Origin: Candidatus Geothermarchaeota archaeon
GTDB taxonomy: Archaea; Thermoproteota; Nitrososphaeria; Geothermarchaeales; JDFR-13
Assembly: GCA_015523605.1 (NCBI GenBank)
Contig: WAKC01000015.1
Location: forward strand, 1 to 59,363
DNA: 59,363 bases
Direction: 5' to 3'
The notes under the pieces were generated by a model that was given only the letters and a program-made list of their open reading frames with translations, searched no databases and was not told the DNA's origin. Shown here piece after piece: positions 1 to 7,877 of the stretch. The first letter of the stretch is position 1, and every line of letters starts with the position of its first letter. Position numbers and translations under genes: made by a program.

Positions 1-408
1 AAGACAATTGAGATAATATATAGAGATAATCTATTGGACCATGTAACTAGAAATGGGGAGGAGGCACTCAAGATTATGCGTGAATGGATTGACAAGTATG
101 GATTCATCGTAGATAGTAGGGGAATAGGATATTTCTTAGCCACATCAGTGGAGACGGGTAAAGGTGATGAAGCAGATATCGAGATTGCAAAGAGAATCTT
201 CATAGAGGCAAAGAGATATGGCGTATGGGTTATATGGGATGACGAGCCACATATCCGGATATATCCACCTCTTAATATGCCACTCGAGCTACTGATTGAA
301 GGCCTAGAAAAACTTGAGAAAGCAATTTCAAAGGTAGAGAAAGACTATAGAGATGGTCTCATCACCCTTCCGAAGAAGAGACAGACAATAGAATTTTTCG
401 ATATCTAA
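1..408 (+). CDS. Class-III PLP-dependent aminotransferase, C-terminal fragment (5' end outside window)
   Basis: Frame 1 is open from base 1 (KTIEIIYRDNL precedes the track's TTG at 34). The C-terminal small-domain pattern ...HIRIYPPLNMPLELLIEGLEKLEKAI is typical of acetylornithine/GABA-type aminotransferases. Confidence 0.7.
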   Translation, partial: KTIEIIYRDNLLDHVTRNGEEALKIMREWIDKYGFIVDSRGIGYFLATSVETGKGDEADIEIAKRIFIEAKRYGVWVIWDDEPHIRIYPPLNMPLELLIEGLEKLEKAISKVEKDYRDGLITLPKKRQTIEFFDI

Positions 409-1352
409 CTCTTAACCCTAACTTTATTTTTAACATATTCAATCCTTCTACATGTAGAACAGATATCAGAGAGAGTCGGCCCACCACATAATTTACACAC
501 CTTCACCTCTCCAGACTCACCGCCATAAACCCTATCCAAGAGTGGAATCAACTTCTTGGTGAAACTGCTGAACAACTGGAATTTGATCATAGGCTCCCTA
601 TCCTCCCAAAAACGTAAAACTTCTTTACGCCTCATGCTCCGAGCATCATCTCCGAATGGACAGTTGAGACTCTTAACAGGAATCCTATTGAAAGATACAT
701 ATAGGAGTACTTCATACTCAGGGGTGTTTATCAAAGGCTTAACCTTCCAGTAGTTATTCGGTGGAAACGGTGGAAGAACAGGCCTTAATCTATAGATCGA
801 TTCATAGTCTCCTGCGATAAAACTTGACATCATAACCTCCAAGGTGTCATCCAGATTATGGCCAGTAGCCAATATATCAACACCCAGCTCCCTAGCAGCT
901 TTTGCGAGAGCCCATCTCCTTATAAAACCACATGTACTACAGATTTTCCTTCCATACCTAGTCTTCTTAATATCAGGGATTGTAATACCCAATTCATCAC
1001 CATATTTAAACACATGAAACTCTATATCTAACGACTCAGCCAACTCTTTAGCCTTGAAATAGCTATCCTCACTATATTCATCGATCCCATGATGGAGGTG
1101 TATAGCCACATACCTCTTATCTGGATATAACTTCTTCAAGACGGTCATCAATGCAGCACTATCCTTACCACCCGAGAGACCAACACCCACATAATCTCCT
1201 TTTGAGAGCATCCTATACTTTTCTACAGTCTTTTTTACACGAGACTCGAAGAAACTATTGAAACAATTTAGACATAAGTACTGTCTCAAATATTTTATAT
1301 ATATCTCGCTATCAGCCTCTCTACATCTACTACACTTGACCGGCATTTCCAA
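405..1352 (-). CDS. TtuA/NcsA-family tRNA 2-thiolation PP-loop ATPase (canonical copy)
   Basis: PP-loop SGGKDS and GHNLDD are present. There are N-terminal CxxC...CxxC and C-terminal CKLCGG...CSTC zinc-finger pairs. CSTCG plus a later NCP supply the Fe-S ligand positions. Length is 315 aa. Confidence 0.85.
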   Translation of the reverse strand: MEMPVKCSRCREADSEIYIKYLRQYLCLNCFNSFFESRVKKTVEKYRMLSKGDYVGVGLSGGKDSAALMTVLKKLYPDKRYVAIHLHHGIDEYSEDSYFKAKELAESLDIEFHVFKYGDELGITIPDIKKTRYGRKICSTCGFIRRWALAKAARELGVDILATGHNLDDTLEVMMSSFIAGDYESIYRLRPVLPPFPPNNYWKVKPLINTPEYEVLLYVSFNRIPVKSLNCPFGDDARSMRRKEVLRFWEDREPMIKFQLFSSFTKKLIPLLDRVYGGESGEVKVCKLCGGPTLSDICSTCRRIEYVKNKVRVKS

Positions 1353-1411
1353 TTAGATATAGAAGGGAAACCTATTAAATATCCCCCAAGTTTTTAACCT
1401 AACACGATAGT

Positions 1412-4400
1412 CTATTTAACCTGCTTGATACCTATCCTATAGTTGTCGCCAGATATATCCCAATCCTTGACATACATCCCAACAGGTATATCAACATCTA
1501 AACCAACTATAAATTCCCTGGCTCTAGTCTCATTCATTATATAGTCCTTCATTGACTCGATATATGACATCGACTTCTCATCAGGCGCGGATATAACCAC
1601 CCTAATATAGGCATCTATAGGTAGGTCTAACTCCTTCCTCATAAACTGTATCCTACGGACTATATCCCTCGCCAGACCCTCTGCAACCTCCTCCTCAGAA
1701 ATCTCCCTATCCAACACCAGATATCCATATTCAAACTCCTTAACAACATAGTTCTCCATCGGCTTCTCAACCAAGTTCACCATCTCCTCAGACACGGTAT
1801 ATTCCTTACCGTCTATAACAAGTTTCACAGAACCCTTCTCAACAATCTCTCTCGCCACATCGACAGATTTATTTGAGATGTACTCTGCAACCTTTGGCGT
1901 ATCACCTCTGAAAGCTGGTCCCAGCACAGACAGATTAGGCTCGGCGATCTTAACCATAAACCTGTTTATCTCCCCAGGAGATAGGAAATACACATTTTTA
2001 ACGTTGAGCTGACTCTTGACAACATCGCTAAACACCTCTAAAGCCTTCTCCAACTCGCTTGAGTCACTCAAGACATATAGATTCTTAAGGGGAACTCTAA
2101 ACTTGACCCCAGCCTCCATCCTAGCTGCACCACCAGCCTCTAACACCTTATCAATATATTCCATAGCCCGCTCAAGCTCAAGATCAATAAAAGACTCATC
2201 TACATCAGGATATTCATACATATGGATACTATCTAAAGCATCTTCAATAGCAGGTCTAAACATCTTGAGATAAATCTCCTCAGTTATGAATGGTATGAAG
2301 GGCGAGAGAAGCTTCAAAAGTTTGAATAAAGTATAGTATAGGACGGAATATGCTGAGAGCTTCCGCTCATCATCACCCTCAAGCCATGTACGCCATCTAA
2401 TGAGCCTGATATACCGCCTACTAAGGTCTTCAAGGAAGAATTCCCTAGCCATCCTTAAAGCCTCATGAAGAAGGGACTTTTCAAGCATACCATCTGCGTT
2501 CTTCACTAAAGTATTTATCCTAGATAATATCCATCGGTCTTCAGGATATAGCTTATCTAGATACTTTTCTATGGGATTTTCCTCATAGGAATATTTGTCT
2601 AGGTTCATGTAGAGAGAGGCGAATAGATATGTATTCCATAATATATTCAATTCTCTATAGGCTAGCTCCATTGAAGTCCATGAAAACTTTAGATCTTCCC
2701 ATATAGTATGCTGTAGAACACCATATCTGAGGACATCCCTTCCAAACCTCTCAATAACCGCTGTAGGGGGGACATAGTTACCGAGGCTTTTATGCATCTC
2801 CCTACCCTTCTCATCCAAGACAAAGCCATGTATAACAACCTTCTTATATGGAGACTCGCCAAACCCGATTACGCCTGCCCTCAACAAGCTGAAGAACCAT
2901 CCTCTAACCTGGTCATGACCCTCAGTAATGAAGTCGACTGGATAAAGCTCTTTAAAAGGCTTCTCCTTCATCGGATAGCCTAGGCTGGCATAAAAGGAGA
3001 CTCCACTATCAAACCATACATCCATGACATCCTCAACACGGTTCATATCGTCTCCACACTTCCTACATTTCAATTTGACTCTATCAATCCACGGTCTATG
3101 TAAATCTTTAATCTGAGATATGTCTACACCTAAAGCCTCAAGATCCTTCAATCCACCTACAACCACGTAATCCTCACATTTTTTACACATCCATATTGGG
3201 ATTGGAATACCCCAATATCTCTGCCTTGAGATTACCCAGTCCCTAAGCTCATTCAACCAATTTATGAAGCGGTCATACCCCCAGTCTGGAATAATCTCGA
3301 CTTTTTTGATCGCCTCGATCAACTCATCCTTTATATTAGTAACTTTGAGGAACCACTGTTGTGTAGCCCGTATTATAAGCCTGGTCTTACATCTCCAACA
3401 TATTGGATACCTATGGACAATCCTATCCTCCTTAAATAGGGCTCCAGACTCCTTCAAATCTTTAATGATCTCCCTGTTAGCCTCGAATATCTCCATTCCT
3501 CTATATTTACCGGCTTCATCTACATATCTACCTCTCTCATCAACAAGAGATATGACTGGGAAACCCATCTTAGACCCGACTTTATAGTCTTCTTCACCAT
3601 GTCCAGGCGCCGAATGAACAAGTCCAGTACCCTCCTCACTAGAGACGAACTCTGGAGCCATAACCACCATATGATATTCTTTGGCCATCTCCTGAGCATC
3701 TACAATACCCTCCAGAGGATGTCTATACCTTAGACCCTCCAACTCTGAACCTTTGAAACGTCTTAGAATCTCATATTCTTTACCCTCCATGACCTTTTCT
3801 AGGAGGGCACCCATAAGGATGAGTTTCTCACCATCTACCAATACCTCAACATATTCCTCATCTGGATGGGCCATCACAAATACATTAGCAGGTAGTGTCC
3901 ATGGCGTTGTAGTCCATATCAATAAATTAGAATCACCGTCTACCAATGGGAACTTGACATAGATCGAGGGATCACTCAAATTTTTATATTCAGAGACTTC
4001 ATAATCAGCCAATACCGTTTCACACCGTGGACACCACCATACAACTTTTAACCCCCTATCCAAAAGCCCCTTTTCATGGGCCTTCTTAATTAGCCACCAG
4101 GAAGCCTCTACATACTCGTTCTTAAACGTATAGTATGGATTCGACCAATCCATACTAACACCTAACTCCCAGAAGTGCCTACTCATCTCAATAGAGTTTT
4201 TATATGCAAGCTCCTTACATTCCGACACAAACCTCTCTACTCCCAACCTTTCCTCAATATCCCGCTTACTCATAAGACCAAGCTTCTTCTCAACAGCCAC
4301 CTCAATAGGGAGACCATGGGTGTCATATCCAGGCTGATCCCACACAGCAAAACCCTTCATTCGACGGAATCTTATAACCACATCCTTCATAATCTTATTC

Positions 4401-4603
4401 CAAGCAGTCCCTATATGAGGTACATCACTTGAAGGATACGGAGGTCCATCTAGGAAATAATATTTTGGCTTATCCTTGTTCATCCGTATCTTCTCATAAA
4501 TTTTATTATCACTCCAATAACTCAGTATCTTAGGCTCAAACTCCTTAGGGGAATATTTTTTATCCAAAAGACCTACATAACCCTTTCCATCTTCACCTTT
4601 CAT
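1412..4603 (-). CDS. ileS: Isoleucyl-tRNA synthetase
   Basis: About 1063 aa. Class-I signatures PHIGTAWNK (HIGH-type) and EMHKSLGN (KMSKS-type) are present, along with a CP1 editing insertion and Zn-type CPRC/CWRC/CKKC/CRKC pairs. I prefer the ATG at 4603 (MKGEDGK) over the track's TTG at 4624, because a TATA-like box lies about 33 nt upstream of it. Confidence 0.95.
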   Translation of the reverse strand: MKGEDGKGYVGLLDKKYSPKEFEPKILSYWSDNKIYEKIRMNKDKPKYYFLDGPPYPSSDVPHIGTAWNKIMKDVVIRFRRMKGFAVWDQPGYDTHGLPIEVAVEKKLGLMSKRDIEERLGVERFVSECKELAYKNSIEMSRHFWELGVSMDWSNPYYTFKNEYVEASWWLIKKAHEKGLLDRGLKVVWWCPRCETVLADYEVSEYKNLSDPSIYVKFPLVDGDSNLLIWTTTPWTLPANVFVMAHPDEEYVEVLVDGEKLILMGALLEKVMEGKEYEILRRFKGSELEGLRYRHPLEGIVDAQEMAKEYHMVVMAPEFVSSEEGTGLVHSAPGHGEEDYKVGSKMGFPVISLVDERGRYVDEAGKYRGMEIFEANREIIKDLKESGALFKEDRIVHRYPICWRCKTRLIIRATQQWFLKVTNIKDELIEAIKKVEIIPDWGYDRFINWLNELRDWVISRQRYWGIPIPIWMCKKCEDYVVVGGLKDLEALGVDISQIKDLHRPWIDRVKLKCRKCGDDMNRVEDVMDVWFDSGVSFYASLGYPMKEKPFKELYPVDFITEGHDQVRGWFFSLLRAGVIGFGESPYKKVVIHGFVLDEKGREMHKSLGNYVPPTAVIERFGRDVLRYGVLQHTIWEDLKFSWTSMELAYRELNILWNTYLFASLYMNLDKYSYEENPIEKYLDKLYPEDRWILSRINTLVKNADGMLEKSLLHEALRMAREFFLEDLSRRYIRLIRWRTWLEGDDERKLSAYSVLYYTLFKLLKLLSPFIPFITEEIYLKMFRPAIEDALDSIHMYEYPDVDESFIDLELERAMEYIDKVLEAGGAARMEAGVKFRVPLKNLYVLSDSSELEKALEVFSDVVKSQLNVKNVYFLSPGEINRFMVKIAEPNLSVLGPAFRGDTPKVAEYISNKSVDVAREIVEKGSVKLVIDGKEYTVSEEMVNLVEKPMENYVVKEFEYGYLVLDREISEEEVAEGLARDIVRRIQFMRKELDLPIDAYIRVVISAPDEKSMSYIESMKDYIMNETRAREFIVGLDVDIPVGMYVKDWDISGDNYRIGIKQVK

Positions 4604-4630
4604 ATTAAATAGGTATAGTAACAATATACA

Positions 4631-4640
4631 ATATAATATT
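4631..4640 (-). promoter_or_regulatory. Candidate TATA box for ileS
   Basis: The minus strand reads AATATTATAT, centred about 33 nt upstream of the ATG at 4603. This is consistent with a very short leader. Confidence 0.35.
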
Positions 4641-4678
4641 TTACTTTAGCCGTGTAACGAACTCATGAAATCTAAACT

Positions 4679-4705
4679 GTAAACAAGTGAAAACACTTCG
4701 TTTAC
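4679..4705 (-). other. Stem-loop 1 in the alaX-ileS spacer
   Basis: GTAAACAAGTG-AAAA-CACTT(C)GTTTAC forms 11 bp with one bulged C and a 4-nt loop (UUUU on the transcribed minus strand). Confidence 0.4.
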
Positions 4706-4723
4706 ATAGGATGTGAAGGTTTG

Positions 4724-4750
4724 TGAGTGCCCCTATGGGGTACACACTCA
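4724..4750 (-). other. Stem-loop 2, overlapping the alaX stop codon
   Basis: TGAGTG-CCCC-TAT-GGGG-(TACA)-CACTCA forms 6 bp plus 4 bp of G-C helix with a 4-nt internal bulge. The alaX stop is at 4748..4750. Confidence 0.35.
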
Positions 4751-5470
4751 AGGTTCAACTGTGATATAAATCCTTCTATTGCGCCTCCCCTTACTCTCAT
4801 ACTTCAAAAATTTTATCCTTCCAATCTCACTAGTATTCCTGACATGGGTGCCCCCGTCAAACTGAATGTCAATATCTCCAATCTTAACCACTCTAAGAGG
4901 CCCAGTCATATACTTTTCATATTTACTGAAGTCGGCAACCCTAAACAAGTGTTTCATCTCCCTAGCCTCTTCAGGGGTGACAAAGAAAACCTCTACCTGA
5001 TGCCCCTGTGAAGCAACCTTATTAGCCTCTTCGACAATCTCCATAGCCATCTCCTTATTCATCTCCTCAGCTGGGAAATCGATTCTAGCCCTATCCTCAT
5101 AGATTTGAGACCCAGTAATCAAATATCCAGACCTTTCATACATAACCGCGCTAAGAACATGTAGACTAGTATGGAGCCTCATAATCCTGTATCTCCTCTC
5201 CCAGTCTATAAATAATTCAACCTCATCACCAACACTCACCTCAAGAGATTCACCGGGTACATGGACAACCAGCGACCCGTCTCTATACACCTTTACAACC
5301 TCCCACTTCCCACTATCTATAGCTACCCAACCAGTGTCGAATGGTTGACCCCCTCCACCTGGATAGAAGACTGTCTTATCCGTGGCGAACCCATCTTCAT
5401 ACACTTTAATGACACTCGCTTTCACACTTTTTAAATAGGAATTTGTCCAATAAAGTGGCTCAGTCTGCAT
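4748..5470 (-). CDS. alaX: Alanyl-tRNA editing protein AlaX (trans-editing Ser/Gly-tRNA(Ala) hydrolase)
   Basis: 240 aa. It has an N-terminal FYPGGGGQP(F)D box, the HTSLH (HxxxH) zinc motif and a second zinc motif GGTHV. Confidence 0.85.
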   Translation of the reverse strand: MQTEPLYWTNSYLKSVKASVIKVYEDGFATDKTVFYPGGGGQPFDTGWVAIDSGKWEVVKVYRDGSLVVHVPGESLEVSVGDEVELFIDWERRYRIMRLHTSLHVLSAVMYERSGYLITGSQIYEDRARIDFPAEEMNKEMAMEIVEEANKVASQGHQVEVFFVTPEEAREMKHLFRVADFSKYEKYMTGPLRVVKIGDIDIQFDGGTHVRNTSEIGRIKFLKYESKGRRNRRIYITVEP

Positions 5471-5541
5471 ATAAAAAATGATAGGCTAGAGGCTCTATAA
5501 TACCTTTCAGTTTATACATACAACGAACGTAATAAATTACT

Positions 5542-5913
5542 ATGATAAAGGTCGTCGAGGATATAGTAGCTAGATTCAGACCTGTAAGTGAAACTATTAG
5601 TATCCATGATGGTGAGAACGGCTCCCTATTTATAAAGTTGAAGATCGCGAAGGAAGATGCTCTAGATACCTTGATGGACCTATTTCAAGACTATATGGAG
5701 AATGGAGAATTGATTCTCGCTAAAATCTCATCCGGAGAATTTAGAGATATGAAGAAGAAGACGTTGGAAATAAGGGGTGGATATCTAATTGAATATTATG
5801 ACTATGAGGAGCTAAGCCATGTATATCTTAGAGTTTATAGTCTAACGGATAGAAAGGATGAATGGGTCTCACTCTATATCGACTGGTCTAGAAGATCTGC
5901 GTGGTGGCGTTAG
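5542..5913 (+). CDS. Hypothetical protein (123 aa)
   Basis: Clean ORF with coding-like composition and no motif I recognise. It converges on the next gene with a 4-nt overlap. Confidence 0.5.
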   Translation: MIKVVEDIVARFRPVSETISIHDGENGSLFIKLKIAKEDALDTLMDLFQDYMENGELILAKISSGEFRDMKKKTLEIRGGYLIEYYDYEELSHVYLRVYSLTDRKDEWVSLYIDWSRRSAWWR

Positions 5914-6941
5914 GCCTTCCAGTTAAGGACAAAATTAAGTTTGTAGCCGCAGTATTTACATCTTCCAGATTTATCGATATTAAATGATTCTATATAGAAG
6001 CCGTATCTATCCACTACCTTCTCACCACAGTTGGGGCAATAGGTATCTTCCAACGGATGGCCCCACACATTCCCTATATACACATGTTTTAGGCCGTACT
6101 CCCTAGCTCTATATGCATACCTTTCAAGAAGCTCGACAGGTGTATGGGGGACATCCATCATCTTATAATCAGGGTGGAACCTAAGGAGATGGAAGGGGGT
6201 CTCAGGCCCCAGCTCATCATGTACAAACCTTACCAATCTCATAAAACTCGATTCATCAAGACCCTCTTTAACGGGGACGACTAGGTCAGTAACCTCGATG
6301 AATACACCTTTATCCTTCATAATCTTCAAGGAATTGAAGATATCCTCTGCATCCTTCACCCAAATATATTTACGGTAAAAATCCCTGTTTCCATGTCCCT
6401 TAAAATCTACAGTAGCTGCATCTAAATACCTGCCGATCTCATCCAGAGCCTCTCCAGTCATATATCCATTCGTAACCCATGTATTAAAAAGGTTATTTTT
6501 ATGAGCCAGCTTCATAACATCAATTGCATATTCAGCGAATATCGTAGGCTCATTATAGGTATATGAGATTCCATGTGCATTATACCTAAGTGTGTATTCT
6601 ACTACATATTCAGGAGGTGTATATGGCTCTTCAACCCTCCTCCTCTGACTTATATCCCAATTCTGGCAATATAGACATGCATAATTACAACCAGCTGTAG
6701 CTATGGAAGTGACATATGTCCCAGGCATGAAATGACTTAAAGGCTTCTTCTCAATCGGATCAATATTTATAGTAACGAGTCTTCCATAGTTTAGTGCATA
6801 GAGCTTCCCATTTATAACTTTCCTGACACCGCAGAAGCCTATAGAACCCTCTGGAATTCTACAGTGCCTGGCACATAGATAGCAGTGTACTCTACCATCC
6901 TCCCTTCTCCAGAATCTAGCCTCAACATAGGTAGTTGCCAT
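5910..6941 (-). CDS. amrS: AmmeMemoRadiSam-system radical SAM enzyme (PflA-like activase fold)
   Basis: It has an N-terminal CYLCARHCRI...GFCGVR cluster, a radical-SAM CNYACLYCQNWDIS (CxxxCxxC) motif and a C-terminal CPNCG...CKYCG. I prefer the start at MATTYVEARFW (6941) over the track's 6965. Confidence 0.8.
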   Translation of the reverse strand: MATTYVEARFWRREDGRVHCYLCARHCRIPEGSIGFCGVRKVINGKLYALNYGRLVTINIDPIEKKPLSHFMPGTYVTSIATAGCNYACLYCQNWDISQRRRVEEPYTPPEYVVEYTLRYNAHGISYTYNEPTIFAEYAIDVMKLAHKNNLFNTWVTNGYMTGEALDEIGRYLDAATVDFKGHGNRDFYRKYIWVKDAEDIFNSLKIMKDKGVFIEVTDLVVPVKEGLDESSFMRLVRFVHDELGPETPFHLLRFHPDYKMMDVPHTPVELLERYAYRAREYGLKHVYIGNVWGHPLEDTYCPNCGEKVVDRYGFYIESFNIDKSGRCKYCGYKLNFVLNWKA

Positions 6942-7000
6942 ACAAAATATCCCAATTATATACACTCTAGAGACTATAATAAACTTTAGCTAAAACATAC

Positions 7001-7438
7001 CTAGTTTACCATTATAAACATCGTGGTAAAGACGGAGAATGGAGATAGGAAGATCAATGGAATAACATTTTCCTTGACACCCCATGCCATACGAAGCACG
7101 TAAAATAGGAAGCCATAGATGTTTGTGAAGAGAATGAGAAATATATAATGAAGAACTCCTCCCATCAACACGGCGTAGAACATATATATAAAGTATAGTA
7201 TTAAATCACCTTCTCCAAACATCTCACCCTCCTTGCGAGAGATTAAGTATAGGGGGACGACTAGAGTCAAAAATATAAATAGAGGCCCTACCAACTTCTC
7301 TGGATCGACCATCAAGGCATATACAATAAATGGGATAGTGGGTATCCAAGTTACATCATCGACATAGTAATCGAGGAGGTCGTCAATCGCTGGGGGCAAT
7401 AAAGATAATGGTAAAAAGAGTAGGATTAACTCACTCAT
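7001..7438 (-). CDS. Small polytopic membrane protein with a prepilin-peptidase (A24)-like GxGD motif
   Basis: 145 aa with about 4-5 hydrophobic helices. GEGDLIL resembles the GxGD second catalytic Asp box, and an Asp-rich AIDDLLDYYVDD segment lies near the first helix. The assignment is tentative. Confidence 0.5.
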   Translation of the reverse strand: MSELILLFLPLSLLPPAIDDLLDYYVDDVTWIPTIPFIVYALMVDPEKLVGPLFIFLTLVVPLYLISRKEGEMFGEGDLILYFIYMFYAVLMGGVLHYIFLILFTNIYGFLFYVLRMAWGVKENVIPLIFLSPFSVFTTMFIMVN

Positions 7439-7440
7439 AT

Positions 7441-7782
7441 CTAGCTAAACACGCTCTTGAGGTCATTAGTCACATTATTACTCAATATCTCATCGACATC
7501 GTAAACCTCAACTTTTATATCCTTCACGACGACCTGACTATCTTCCAAGGATATCTTCAACCGAATATTTGTGACAGCCTTCTTAGGAACTTTATACTTC
7601 TCCACTAATACCTGGAAAATCTTTCTATTCAGTTCGGTTATGCTATCGTTAAGCTTCTTAGAATCGACTTCACCCTTCTTAACCTTATCACTAAAAACTC
7701 CATTTATAACCCTTCTAATCTTCAACGCATATCCGCTGACCCTTACAGGTCCAGTCATCACCTCCAGCTCATCAGAAGACAT
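7441..7782 (-). CDS. Hypothetical soluble protein (113 aa)
   Basis: Charged, coding-like ORF. Its stop lies 2 nt before the start of the 7001..7438 gene, suggesting coupling. Confidence 0.55.
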   Translation of the reverse strand: MSSDELEVMTGPVRVSGYALKIRRVINGVFSDKVKKGEVDSKKLNDSITELNRKIFQVLVEKYKVPKKAVTNIRLKISLEDSQVVVKDIKVEVYDVDEILSNNVTNDLKSVFS

Positions 7783-7841
7783 AGAGTCACCACGAAAATA
7801 AATATTTCCTAATATTATTATAGTTTATCTCTGAAACCCAA

Positions 7842-7849
7842 TTATATAA
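7842..7849 (+). promoter_or_regulatory. Candidate TATA box for reverse gyrase
   Basis: TTATATAA is centred about 33 nt upstream of the ATG at 7878. Confidence 0.35.
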
Positions 7850-7877
7850 CTATAAACCTACCTTTACTATTGATAGA

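Noticed and set aside
4604-4624. The ORF-track N-terminal extensions begin at TTG or GTG. Examples are ileS 4624, aor 19344, amrS 6965, the HAD gene at 17809, the secreted protein at 19406, hemK-like 49967, the kinase-family gene at 41079, and the hypothetical at 16904.
   Set aside because: The extensions add hydrophobic or junk-like residues ahead of well-known family N-termini and often overlap divergent neighbours. Downstream ATG codons sit about 30-35 nt from TATA-like boxes. I shortened the calls accordingly. N-terminal proteomics or TSS mapping would confirm.
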